Source of the DNA: Gemmatimonadota bacterium | GTDB taxonomy: Bacteria; Gemmatimonadota; Gemmatimonadetes; Gemmatimonadales; Gemmatimonadaceae | Assembly (NCBI GenBank): GCA_025360995.1 | Contig: JANYBD010000056.1 | Coordinates: forward strand, 2,996 to 66,995 | Length of the DNA stretch: 64,000 nt | Direction: 5' to 3' | Shown: in pieces, positions 1 through 8,374 of the stretch | Layout of the letters: each line of letters starts with the position of its first letter | How positions within the stretch are numbered: position 1 is the first letter of the stretch | Program-made: the position numbers and the translations under genes | Notes under the pieces: model-generated | Databases searched by the model: none | Told to the model about the DNA's origin: nothing | The model's input: the letters and a program-made list of their open reading frames with translations, nothing else

Positions 1-303
1 CCCCTGTGGATCTTGGCACCCATCGCGCTGGTATGGGGGTTTTTTATTATCGCCGATAGTGCCCAGTTCAGCGTACTCGTCACGGAAAGCGTGCCGCCGC
101 ACGCCGTCGGTACAGCGCTTACGCTGCAAACCTCTCTTGGATTCTTGTTGACCACCGCCACGATTCAGATTGTGCCACCGCTCGTGCGCTATGCCGGATG
201 GCCCTGGGCCTTTGCGCTTTTGGCAATAGGGCCAGCGCTCGGAATTCAGTCAATTCGCCGCCTCGACCGCCCGGACAGAATAATTCACGCATCGATCGAT
301 TAA
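1..303 (+). CDS. Membrane transporter, C-terminal fragment (MFS-like); gene starts upstream of window
   Basis: The frame is open from base 1. The product is hydrophobic, helix-rich sequence (FFIIADSAQFSVLV..., LGFLLTTATIQIV..., WAFALLAIGPALG) ending in a charged tail. Confidence 0.5.
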   Translation, partial: PLWILAPIALVWGFFIIADSAQFSVLVTESVPPHAVGTALTLQTSLGFLLTTATIQIVPPLVRYAGWPWAFALLAIGPALGIQSIRRLDRPDRIIHASID

Positions 304-333
304 CTTGGTTAGTAGCCTTCCAAGGACCATGCT

Positions 334-1857
334 GTGACTGTGATCAAGCAATCAGATTTCATTCAGTCCATTCAGGACGCCTTACAACACATCTCGTATT
401 TTCATCCACTCGACTACATCACGGCGTTGGGTGATGCGTACGAAAAGGAACAATCCCCTGCGGCCAAAGATGCGATCGCCCAGATCCTGACCAATTCCCG
501 GATGTGTGCCGAAGGACATCGGCCCATCTGCCAGGACACGGGAATTGTTGTCGTGTTCGTGAAGGTCGGGATGAACGTCCGGTGGGATACGACACTTTCC
601 GTGACGGACATGGTGAACGAGGGCGTGCGTCGCGCCTATTTGCAGCCCGACAATGTCTTACGCGCTTCTATCGTGGCCGATCCGGCGTTTGGCCGGAAGA
701 ACACCAGAGACAATACTCCGGCGGTGATCCATTACGACATCGTGCCCGGCGATGCTGTCGAAATCCGAATAGCCGCGAAGGGTGGCGGATCGGAAAACAA
801 AACAAAGTTCGTTATGCTGAACCCCAGTGATTCCATCGTCGATTGGGTCCTCAAAACCGTGCCAACAATGGGTGCGGGCTGGTGCCCGCCAGGGATGCTT
901 GGCATCGGTATAGGCGGCTCGGCGGAAAAAGCGATGCTCCTCGCGAAGGAATCGCTAATGGATCACATCGACATGACGCAATTAAAAGCCCGCGGCCCCC
1001 GCAGTAGCATCGAAGAACTGCGCATCGAACTGTTCGACAAGGTCAACGCACTTGGCATCGGTGCACAGGGTCTTGGCGGGCTCTCAACCGTTCTCGATGT
1101 AAAAATCCTCGATTACCCAACGCACGCTGCGTCTAAACCCGTGGCCATGATTCCAAATTGTGCGGCCACGCGCCACGCACATTTCACACTTGATGGCTCC
1201 GGGGTCGCACGTCTCCCCGTCCCGAAACTTGAAGACTGGCCGGACGTGACGTGGGCACCGGACCGCAATGCGCGATGCGTTAATTTGGATACGCTTAATC
1301 GCGATGAAGTAGCAACCTGGCGGGCGGGTGAGCGGCTGTTGCTTACCGGCAAACTGTTGACCGGCCGCGATGCCGCCCACAAGCGTATTGCCGATTTATT
1401 CGCAAGCGGTCAGGATCTTCCCCCGGGGGTCGACTTTACGAATCGCGTGATTTACTACGTTGGCCCGGTTGATCCCGTGCGCGATGAAGTGGTTGGGCCC
1501 GCCGGCCCGACAACGGCGACCCGTATGGACAAGTTCACCGAAATGATGCTTGAAAAAACGGGCCTGATCGCGATGATTGGCAAAGCCGAACGCGGCCCGC
1601 TTGGCCTCGAAGCAATCCGGCACCACAAAGCCGCGTACCTGATGGCGGTCGGCGGTGCCGCATACCTGGTATCGAAAGCCATTCGCGGTTCACGCTGTAT
1701 CGCATTCGAGGACATGGGAATGGAGGCAATTTACGAATTTACAGTCGAGGATATGCCCGTTACGGTCGCCGTCGATTCGGCCGGAAATAACGTCCACGAG
1801 AGCGGTCCTGCCGAGTGGAAGGCCAAAATTCGGCAATTGCCGGTCCTGTCCGGTTAG
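334..1857 (+). CDS. fumA: Class I (Fe-S) fumarate hydratase, fused alpha/beta type
   Basis: 507 aa. Contains the CQDTGI Fe-S ligand motif, and the length fits fused class I fumarase/tartrate dehydratase family proteins. Confidence 0.88.
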   Translation: MTVIKQSDFIQSIQDALQHISYFHPLDYITALGDAYEKEQSPAAKDAIAQILTNSRMCAEGHRPICQDTGIVVVFVKVGMNVRWDTTLSVTDMVNEGVRRAYLQPDNVLRASIVADPAFGRKNTRDNTPAVIHYDIVPGDAVEIRIAAKGGGSENKTKFVMLNPSDSIVDWVLKTVPTMGAGWCPPGMLGIGIGGSAEKAMLLAKESLMDHIDMTQLKARGPRSSIEELRIELFDKVNALGIGAQGLGGLSTVLDVKILDYPTHAASKPVAMIPNCAATRHAHFTLDGSGVARLPVPKLEDWPDVTWAPDRNARCVNLDTLNRDEVATWRAGERLLLTGKLLTGRDAAHKRIADLFASGQDLPPGVDFTNRVIYYVGPVDPVRDEVVGPAGPTTATRMDKFTEMMLEKTGLIAMIGKAERGPLGLEAIRHHKAAYLMAVGGAAYLVSKAIRGSRCIAFEDMGMEAIYEFTVEDMPVTVAVDSAGNNVHESGPAEWKAKIRQLPVLSG

Positions 1858-1996
1858 AAATACCGTCGATTGGACAGAATTTCGCTAAAAATCGGGGCTC
1901 CAGCCCTTCGAATTTGGGCCAAAATTGGTTAGTTTCAGGTCAGCTCAAATGACGGTGTGTGTGTCGTCGCACCGGCTATTCACATCTGGAGACTGC

Positions 1997-2206
1997 ATGC
2001 GCAAACCACGCCCGGCCTCGTACAATCCGGCCCAGGCATTGAATCTCATTGCTAACGACCGCAATGGTACACCACTCTCCTGTCCCTCCTGCTCCGGCGC
2101 AATTGAGCGCGACCCAGGGGAGTTCCCACCTGCTCCACGTTGCCATGTCACGCTCAAGTGCCTAAACTGTGGCCGCTTCGCCCGGTACATCGCCGGCGCC
2201 GCGTAA
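1997..2206 (+). CDS. Small 4-Cys zinc-ribbon protein (hypothetical)
   Basis: ATG at 1997 is preceded by GGAG. Two CxxC pairs are present (CPSC...CLNC). About 69 aa, with no recognised family. Confidence 0.35.
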   Translation: MRKPRPASYNPAQALNLIANDRNGTPLSCPSCSGAIERDPGEFPPAPRCHVTLKCLNCGRFARYIAGAA

Positions 2207-3302
2207 CTGTTTGACTTCGGCGAGCGTAGCCGAGCCCGTTACATCCCAAGTCGTTAGCCGTAGGCTGGCAATTCCAGCCTGCGGCCGGGTTCTATTACTA
2301 GCTGGATTCCTGACAATCAGTCTTCCGCTCGACGCGCAGCGCCCGGCCAATCCATTGCCGAACGCCCGCGCAGCGGCGCCACAGCTCACCTTGGATGATC
2401 CAAGTCGCATTCGTCCGTTGCCAGCGACGGCGGAGCTCGCGGCGTTGGTCGGCGAATACGGTGCGGGTGCCGATACGATCATCGTACTCGAGCGCGGGGG
2501 ACGGCTCTTCGCAATGCACTACCCCGCCGAAGTTCAAATCGCCGTCAGTTCGTTCGCCAGGGATTCGGCCGGTCGACCTATAGCGCTCCAGCTCGATACT
2601 CAGCGATTTCCGAGGCGATCCGTCGGCACGGCGGAAGGCGTCACTTTTCGAATTGTTCCTGCGCAGCCCGTCGACGTGCTGCGCCGCCTGGCGTTGGCCG
2701 AACAACCGCCGGTGGAGAGTGGCCACCATCTTCGCAGTGACCTTACTGACGTGGCCGGACTCGAGCACGGCGTCAAGCTCGACATCCGATACGCCACCGC
2801 AAACAACTTTATGGGGGCTCCGATGTACTCGTCGGCCCGCGCGTTTTTACAGCGGCCCGCCGCCGAAGCGCTGATTCGAGCGCATCGGTCATTGGCGGCG
2901 TATGGTTTTGGCTTGCTGATTCACGATGCGTATCGTCCGTGGTACGTGACCCGCATGTTCTGGGACGCGACCACCGGCGCCGAGCGCGGCTTCGTTGCGA
3001 ATCCGGCCACGGGGTCCAAACACAATCGTGGCGCAGCGGTCGATCTCACACTGTATGAACTGTCTACCGGGGCTGCGGTTCGGATGACCGGCGGCTACGA
3101 CGAATTTTCGGAGCGCTCGTACGCTCACTTTCCTGGCGGGACGGCCTTGCAACGGTGGACGCGCGATTTGTTACGGCGGGTAATGGAACGGCAGGGTTTT
3201 ACGGTGAACCCGTCAGAGTGGTGGCATTTCGATTATGAACACTGGCGCGAGTACCCGTTACTAAACACACCGTTCGAGGCCATTGGCCGGCTACGCCGAT
3301 AG
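2169..3302 (+). CDS. D-alanyl-D-alanine dipeptidase (peptidase M15D, VanX/DdpX-like) with long N-terminal extension
   Basis: The C-terminal half carries the VanX-type motifs HDAYRPW, SKHNRGAAVDLTL and EWWHFDY. The N-terminal ~150 aa is an extra region containing a hydrophobic segment. A TTG at 2211, right after the upstream stop, is an alternative start. Confidence 0.8.
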   Translation: MAASPGTSPAPRNCLTSASVAEPVTSQVVSRRLAIPACGRVLLLAGFLTISLPLDAQRPANPLPNARAAAPQLTLDDPSRIRPLPATAELAALVGEYGAGADTIIVLERGGRLFAMHYPAEVQIAVSSFARDSAGRPIALQLDTQRFPRRSVGTAEGVTFRIVPAQPVDVLRRLALAEQPPVESGHHLRSDLTDVAGLEHGVKLDIRYATANNFMGAPMYSSARAFLQRPAAEALIRAHRSLAAYGFGLLIHDAYRPWYVTRMFWDATTGAERGFVANPATGSKHNRGAAVDLTLYELSTGAAVRMTGGYDEFSERSYAHFPGGTALQRWTRDLLRRVMERQGFTVNPSEWWHFDYEHWREYPLLNTPFEAIGRLRR

Positions 3303-3617
3303 CGGCAGCTCCATTTGCCGGGCTGGCGCGCGGCGTTCCATCGGACGTTGCGGCTGTGGTGCGAGCGGCAGCGCGACATAGCGAAACTCCACGGCCTCGG
3401 CGACGGTAACGCGGTCGCCCAGTAGCTGGGCGGTCTGATGCCTGAGTTGCAACAGTCTGAGCGGGACAGCCGACCTCGTGCCGCCGGCTGCCAGTTGCGC
3501 CTCACCGCACGCTTCGCGGGTCAGGATGCGGGCAAGCGGATGCGCAAGCAATCGTTCGATTTCCCGTGTGTCCTGTCGGGATACTGCAGCGACCAGCGCG
3601 TCCAGGTAGGCGAGCAT
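3291..3617 (-). CDS. Hypothetical protein (108 aa)
   Basis: ATG at 3617 lies 7 nt downstream of a strong AAGGAGG. It is co-directional with, and 96 nt downstream of, the Nudix-regulator gene. No recognisable motifs. Confidence 0.5.
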   Translation of the reverse strand: MLAYLDALVAAVSRQDTREIERLLAHPLARILTREACGEAQLAAGGTRSAVPLRLLQLRHQTAQLLGDRVTVAEAVEFRYVALPLAPQPQRPMERRAPARQMELPLSA

Positions 3618-3713
3618 GTGTGCTCCTCCTTTTGACGTTAGGTACACATTGCAACTAATACTAATACCTCGAGACAGGAATTGGTGTCACTGTTCTGTCT
3701 CAATCTGAAGCGA

Positions 3714-4406
3714 TTAGCCGCCGAGCAGTTCGAACCGGACGCCGCGACGGCCGCCACGCCGCTTTCTGGGGGCATACCGGTAGAGCTGAGCGGGACGCCC
3801 GCGTCCTTCGCTGCGCCATTCGTCCATCGGCTCCACGAGCCACGCCGCCTGCAATGACCGGCGAAAGCTTGCCTTATGCACTCGGCGACCCAACAGCAGT
3901 TCGTACACTTCCTGCAACTCGGTCAGCGTGAACGTCGGGGCCAGCAGGCGGAACGCGATGGGCGACGAATCCATCCGAACCCGCAGGGTGACAACGGCCG
4001 TCTCGATCATCGTGCGTTGGCGCGGGGCAACCGGCGGTAGTGCGTCAACCTCAAACCATTTGGCGCCGGCGGGCAGCGCGCGCTGACGCTCCGGCGTGAC
4101 CGCCACATACGCGAGCGAGACGGTCGCTGTAGAAGGGTGGCGCTTCCCGTCACCGAACGCGCCTATTTGTTCGACCCATGCCGGTCGCACGCCACCGGCG
4201 GACGCGGCGGCGGTGACGGCGGTTTCATCGAGGGCGGCTGCATCGGTCAGCGTCGTCCACGGCAACATCCAGCGTTCGCGCATGGACGGTCCACCCGGTA
4301 CCAACAGCACGGCGAGGCGGCGGCCGTGTGGGGTACAGATCACGATATCGAGCGAGACAGCAGACGATCGGCGGGCGCGCAAAGGCGCAGAAACACGGGC
4401 GCGCAT
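3714..4406 (-). CDS. Nudix-related transcriptional regulator (NrtR-like: Nudix fold plus C-terminal winged helix)
   Basis: The C-terminus (FTLTELQEVYELLLGRRVHKASFRRSL...) resembles the NrtR winged-helix domain, and the N-terminal half is Nudix-like. ATG 4406 is preferred over the TTG at 4427 because a promoter/operator palindrome covers 4417-4444. Confidence 0.65.
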   Translation of the reverse strand: MRARVSAPLRARRSSAVSLDIVICTPHGRRLAVLLVPGGPSMRERWMLPWTTLTDAAALDETAVTAAASAGGVRPAWVEQIGAFGDGKRHPSTATVSLAYVAVTPERQRALPAGAKWFEVDALPPVAPRQRTMIETAVVTLRVRMDSSPIAFRLLAPTFTLTELQEVYELLLGRRVHKASFRRSLQAAWLVEPMDEWRSEGRGRPAQLYRYAPRKRRGGRRGVRFELLGG

Positions 4407-4416
4407 GAGATCGGTA

Positions 4417-4439
4417 ATTAGTATCAAATCAATACTAAT
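4417..4439. promoter_or_regulatory. Perfect 23-bp palindrome ATTAGTAT-N7-ATACTAAT (core TTAGTA-N9-TACTAA), abutting a TTGACA -35 box at 4439-4444 (minus strand)
   Basis: Read directly: attagtatcaaatcaatactaat. It sits 11 nt upstream of the regulator ATG, and the minus strand reads TTGACA immediately 5' of it. Confidence 0.55.
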
Positions 4440-4466
4440 GTCAAGCGCCGACCATTTTCCAACGCG

Positions 4467-4745
4467 TCAGTGGGTAATCGTGCCCTGTTTCGTCGTATCC
4501 ACATCATCTTGAGCGCCCTGACGAAACAGAAATGCTTCCATGTTCCGCATTAGGAATTGTCTGGCTTGTGGATCCATCACGTTTAAGCCGTAGTGATTGA
4601 TCAACATCGTCTGCTGTTTGAGCCAGTCCCCCCAGCAGTCTCGGCACGTGCCCTCGAGAATCCGCGCACCGATCGCGCCTGGGAATGGTGCCCGGTCAAA
4701 TGCCTCTTTCTCTTTGCCGCAGCGCGCACACGTGAGCAATGCCAT
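4467..4745 (-). CDS. yggX: Fe(2+)-trafficking / oxidative damage protection protein YggX
   Basis: 92 aa. The sequence C..C...EAFDRAPFPG..G..I......C...W..W...Q.MLINHY.LN matches the YggX family. Confidence 0.85.
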   Translation of the reverse strand: MALLTCARCGKEKEAFDRAPFPGAIGARILEGTCRDCWGDWLKQQTMLINHYGLNVMDPQARQFLMRNMEAFLFRQGAQDDVDTTKQGTITH

Positions 4746-4828
4746 GCAGGAAATCTAGACGCCCTCACGACGCCAAGCTACGGGACCGCGCTGCTGGAAC
4801 CGGACGTGTATGTCCACTATCATCGTCG

Positions 4829-5857
4829 ATGGTGAATAATGTCACGCGAGCCCCGCACCATACACCAGAGGGACGCTTTCGCAATCCGTGGCCGGGTCCC
4901 ACCGAGCACGGATTTGGCAGCCTGTTTCGATGGATACTCGACCGCGCTCGGCACGGCCGACGGCACGGCCGATTCGGCGCGCCATCGCGCGGCGTATCAA
5001 TTGCGAATTGCGAACCAGAGATTCGCCAACCGCGAGCAAATGCAAATGAATGCCGCGTGACCTGGATCGGACATTCCTCCTTTTTGCTCCAGATGGGCGG
5101 CCTCAACATCCTCACGGATCCCATGTGGGGCGACCGCGCATCACCCGTGCCGTTCGCTGGACCGCGACGGTTGATGCCGCCGGGTGTGGCGCTCGACGCA
5201 CTGCCGCCCATTGACCTCGTGCTCCAGTCACACGACCACTACGATCATTTCGACATCGGCACGGTGCGGAAACTCGTGGACCGCTTTCCGCGGGCGGCTT
5301 GGCATGTTCCGCTGGGAGTTGGAGCGTTGGCGCGCGCGCACGGTGTTACGGATATCCTCGAATACGACTGGTACGAAAGCGCGACCCTCGGCCCCGCGCA
5401 CGTGACCTGTGTTCCGGCGCGGCACTTTTCCGGCAGGTCGCTTACCGGCCGAAACAGCACACTGTGGTGTGGCTGGGTACTCACCGTCGGAGAATTTCGG
5501 ATCTATTTCGCCGGTGACACGGCATTACATCCGGATTTTGCAACAATCGCCGAGCAGTGCGGCCCATTCCATGCAGTGCTACTGCCTATTGGTGCCTACG
5601 ACCCGCGCTGGTTCATGCGTCCCGTACATCTCGATCCCGAGGAGGCGGTTGTCGCCTACGAAGCGATGGCCGCGCGCCAAGCCCATTCGGCACCGGTGAT
5701 GATCGCGATGCATTGGGGCACGTTCGCGCTCACGGACGAACCAGTCGACGAGCCGCCGGTCCGACTGCGCGCCCGATGGTCGGCCGGCCGGCATGCCGCG
5801 AACCAACTTTGGGTGCTCGCACCCGGTGAGACTCGGGCACTTCCGACGTTACCGTAA
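4829..5857 (+). CDS. MBL-fold metallo-hydrolase (NAPE-PLD-like)
   Basis: Contains HSSFLLQ...LTDPMW and the SHDHYDHFD metal motif. The ORF opens at 4739, but that start would overlap the divergent yggX start, so ATG 4829 is preferred. Confidence 0.8.
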   Translation: MVNNVTRAPHHTPEGRFRNPWPGPTEHGFGSLFRWILDRARHGRRHGRFGAPSRGVSIANCEPEIRQPRANANECRVTWIGHSSFLLQMGGLNILTDPMWGDRASPVPFAGPRRLMPPGVALDALPPIDLVLQSHDHYDHFDIGTVRKLVDRFPRAAWHVPLGVGALARAHGVTDILEYDWYESATLGPAHVTCVPARHFSGRSLTGRNSTLWCGWVLTVGEFRIYFAGDTALHPDFATIAEQCGPFHAVLLPIGAYDPRWFMRPVHLDPEEAVVAYEAMAARQAHSAPVMIAMHWGTFALTDEPVDEPPVRLRARWSAGRHAANQLWVLAPGETRALPTLP

Positions 5858-5875
5858 CGCGGACTCCGTTCGCAG

Positions 5876-6751
5876 CTAGGCGAGACGCGTCTCAAGCCAA
5901 TCAGCCGCCATTTGTTCAAGTGCCTCGTGACCATAATCCACCGTCACCACGTGTCCATTGCCGGACGTCCAGTGCAGCGTCTTGTCTCGAGATCCGATGC
6001 TATCAAAAGATTCCGCCGCCGACGCGGGAGGAATTCGATTGTCTTCGCGGGATTGAATTACGAGTACCGGCTGGAAGACTCGCGGCAACGCTGTCCGCGC
6101 CATGCGTACAATTCGATCGAGCTCGATAAGCAATCGTGGAGTCGATCGGCGATAGGCAATCATCGCGTCGGATGCGACGGGGTCATGGACCGATCGGCCA
6201 CCACCGGACGCCAAATAGCGTGCGCCCAATGCGGCGATCGGCGCGAGCAGGCGCAGTAGTCGCAGCGGCATTGACGCGTGTAAATACGGCGCAAACGCCA
6301 CCACGGCACGGACGTCAGGGTGTTTCGCGGCAAGCACCATCGCGATGGCGCCGCCCATTGATAGTCCGCCGACGGCAACCTCGGAATGGGACGCTTGTAG
6401 TTCATTCAAATGCGTTCGTCCTGCGTACACCCAACCTTCGGCACGCGATTCGGCAAAGATGCGCAACGTCCGTCCATGCCCAGGAAGGAGCGGCACGTGC
6501 ACACTCCATCCGCGAGCATGCAAGGCGCGGGCGACCGACGCCAGGGACTGCGGCGAATCATTGTAACCATGCAACAGCAGCACGGCTCCTCCCCGCGTTC
6601 CCGTCAGCACGATCGGCTCGGCACCCACAATAATTCCATCACGGTCACGTGGGTACGCAACGATGAAATTTCGCTCCTCACGGCGCGCAATAGCGCTCCG
6701 AATTATCCACCACGCGACAGCAAACGCGACAAAGGCAATCACCGAATTCAC
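5876..6751 (-). CDS. Alpha/beta hydrolase (esterase/lysophospholipase-like), N-terminal TM anchor
   Basis: Has a GLSMGG nucleophile elbow, LLLHGYNDSP, and a hydrophobic N-terminus. Confidence 0.8.
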   Translation of the reverse strand: MNSVIAFVAFAVAWWIIRSAIARREERNFIVAYPRDRDGIIVGAEPIVLTGTRGGAVLLLHGYNDSPQSLASVARALHARGWSVHVPLLPGHGRTLRIFAESRAEGWVYAGRTHLNELQASHSEVAVGGLSMGGAIAMVLAAKHPDVRAVVAFAPYLHASMPLRLLRLLAPIAALGARYLASGGGRSVHDPVASDAMIAYRRSTPRLLIELDRIVRMARTALPRVFQPVLVIQSREDNRIPPASAAESFDSIGSRDKTLHWTSGNGHVVTVDYGHEALEQMAADWLETRLA

Positions 6752-6808
6752 CGGCGGCGCCCCTTCTGTCTTCGGTCGACCTGCATCCGATTTGGTGCGA
6801 AGGTCATC

Positions 6809-7720
6809 CTACTTGAGATATCCGTGAGCCACCCGACCTGGCTGACCGTCGAACTCCTGCGTCGTCTTGTATCGCTCAAAACGGCCGTCGCCAGCGACAC
6901 CGCGTGCTTTTTGTCGCAACGCATCCATTTCACCGGCATGGAATGGTTTGAAGTCGGACGCCAATTTCAGATTTTTTTTGAGTATCGCCAAACTCTCCAT
7001 CCCGCACAGCACTGAGCTGACGGGAAGCGAGAAACAGTATCGGAGCGCCTCTTCCGGTTTTACAACGCGCGAGTTGGCAATCGCACCACCGGCGATTGGC
7101 TTCGTCGCGATGACCGCAATCCCTCGGCGCACCGCTTCCGGCAACACTTGTTTTTCAAACGATCGAAAGGTGGCGTCGAAGGGATTCAGCGGCATCATCA
7201 TCGCATCCCAGGCAAATCCGCGTTGCAACAACTTCACATGTATGTGCGGAGACTTGTGCCCGCCAAACGCAATCCATCGCGTCTTCCCCTGCTCTCGCGC
7301 TTCCTGGGCGGCATCGAGACCGCCGTGATCGTACATCCAGTCCGGATCATTGTCGTAAATCACTTCGTTAAATGACCACACGTCGAGAATATCGGTCTTG
7401 AGACGCCCTAGCGACTCATCCACCTGTTTCATTGCCATTTTGTAGTCGCGAACATGGGCACCGCACTGCCATACGAGCGTCACCCGCTCCCGGTATCCAT
7501 CTTTAAGGGCAAGACCGAGCCAGCGTTCGGTGCGACCCTCGCCGAATTCCCAGCCCAGCTCGATCAGATTCACGCCGTGGTCAATGGCCTCCTGGACCAC
7601 GCGCACGGCTTCTTTCTGGCCGGCGCCCGCGAGCCGTCGGGTGCTCAATGACAGAATGGATGTGGCGCGGCCGGTGCGGCCGAGCGGGCGCAATTCCATA
7701 ACCGCAGGTTCTTTCGGCAT
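6809..7720 (-). CDS. Aldo/keto reductase
   Basis: 303 aa with AKR-type sequence (GVNLIELGWEFGEGRTE..., typical length). Confidence 0.8.
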   Translation of the reverse strand: MPKEPAVMELRPLGRTGRATSILSLSTRRLAGAGQKEAVRVVQEAIDHGVNLIELGWEFGEGRTERWLGLALKDGYRERVTLVWQCGAHVRDYKMAMKQVDESLGRLKTDILDVWSFNEVIYDNDPDWMYDHGGLDAAQEAREQGKTRWIAFGGHKSPHIHVKLLQRGFAWDAMMMPLNPFDATFRSFEKQVLPEAVRRGIAVIATKPIAGGAIANSRVVKPEEALRYCFSLPVSSVLCGMESLAILKKNLKLASDFKPFHAGEMDALRQKARGVAGDGRFERYKTTQEFDGQPGRVAHGYLK

Positions 7721-7746
7721 CGAATTCGGGGGTCGGGGGGAAGACG

Positions 7747-8358
7747 TCAGTCGTGTTCGTCGAACGCATGCTGCGCCGATGTAATCAGAAATTGCAATCG
7801 GCTTTCGCGATCTGTTTCGTCGAACGCGATAGCGCTCGAAAGCAACGCAAACTGGCGAGTCATCTCGTCACGGATAAACGGTTCTGTGCGCGGTGCGCCA
7901 AGCAAATCGAGCGAGTTCTCCGCCAACTGACGAAGAGCATCACGCGTTGCCACATCGAGCGCCGCGAGTGCGGTCGGGTCGGCGCGCAGGGCGGCCGAAT
8001 GGTCGCGCGACCGGCGCGGCGCTTCGAACATCGTCCGAAAAGATGCGAGGGTAACTTCGTACGAACCTGGCGTATGTTCCCGGACTTCGGCAACAACACC
8101 TTTCCGCTTCAGTGCCGTTAGTAATTTTCGAATGGAATTGCGCACGACCGGAACTCCGTCAGCGCTGCCATTGCCCCGTCCAGTGATGACCAAAACGGTT
8201 CCCGCATTGGCCACTTGGCGCTCCCGCAACCACGGCTCCGCCCGGCGTACCGCTTCGGCGCCCGTCGGCAACGCCGTACGCAGATCCAGCGTTCTGGCGA
8301 AGCCAAACTGTGCCTCGTCTAGCGCGTGATGGAGCGCGGCGTGCGGTGACTTCTTCAT
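7747..8358 (-). CDS. Smr domain-containing protein
   Basis: Smr-like block LDLRT...VLVITGRGNGS....VR..I..LL. Confidence 0.55.
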   Translation of the reverse strand: MKKSPHAALHHALDEAQFGFARTLDLRTALPTGAEAVRRAEPWLRERQVANAGTVLVITGRGNGSADGVPVVRNSIRKLLTALKRKGVVAEVREHTPGSYEVTLASFRTMFEAPRRSRDHSAALRADPTALAALDVATRDALRQLAENSLDLLGAPRTEPFIRDEMTRQFALLSSAIAFDETDRESRLQFLITSAQHAFDEHD

Positions 8359-8374
8359 TCTGTGAAAGCTGGCA

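Noticed and set aside
6703-6711. DnaA-box-like TTATCCACC (8/9 match). TTATCCTCT at 21092-21100 is similar. I considered whether the AT-rich spacers near mnmG/parAB could be oriC.
   Set aside because: These are single isolated boxes, one of them inside a CDS. There is no cluster of boxes and no adjacent AT-rich unwinding repeats or dnaA. The window looks origin-proximal, but oriC itself is not evident.
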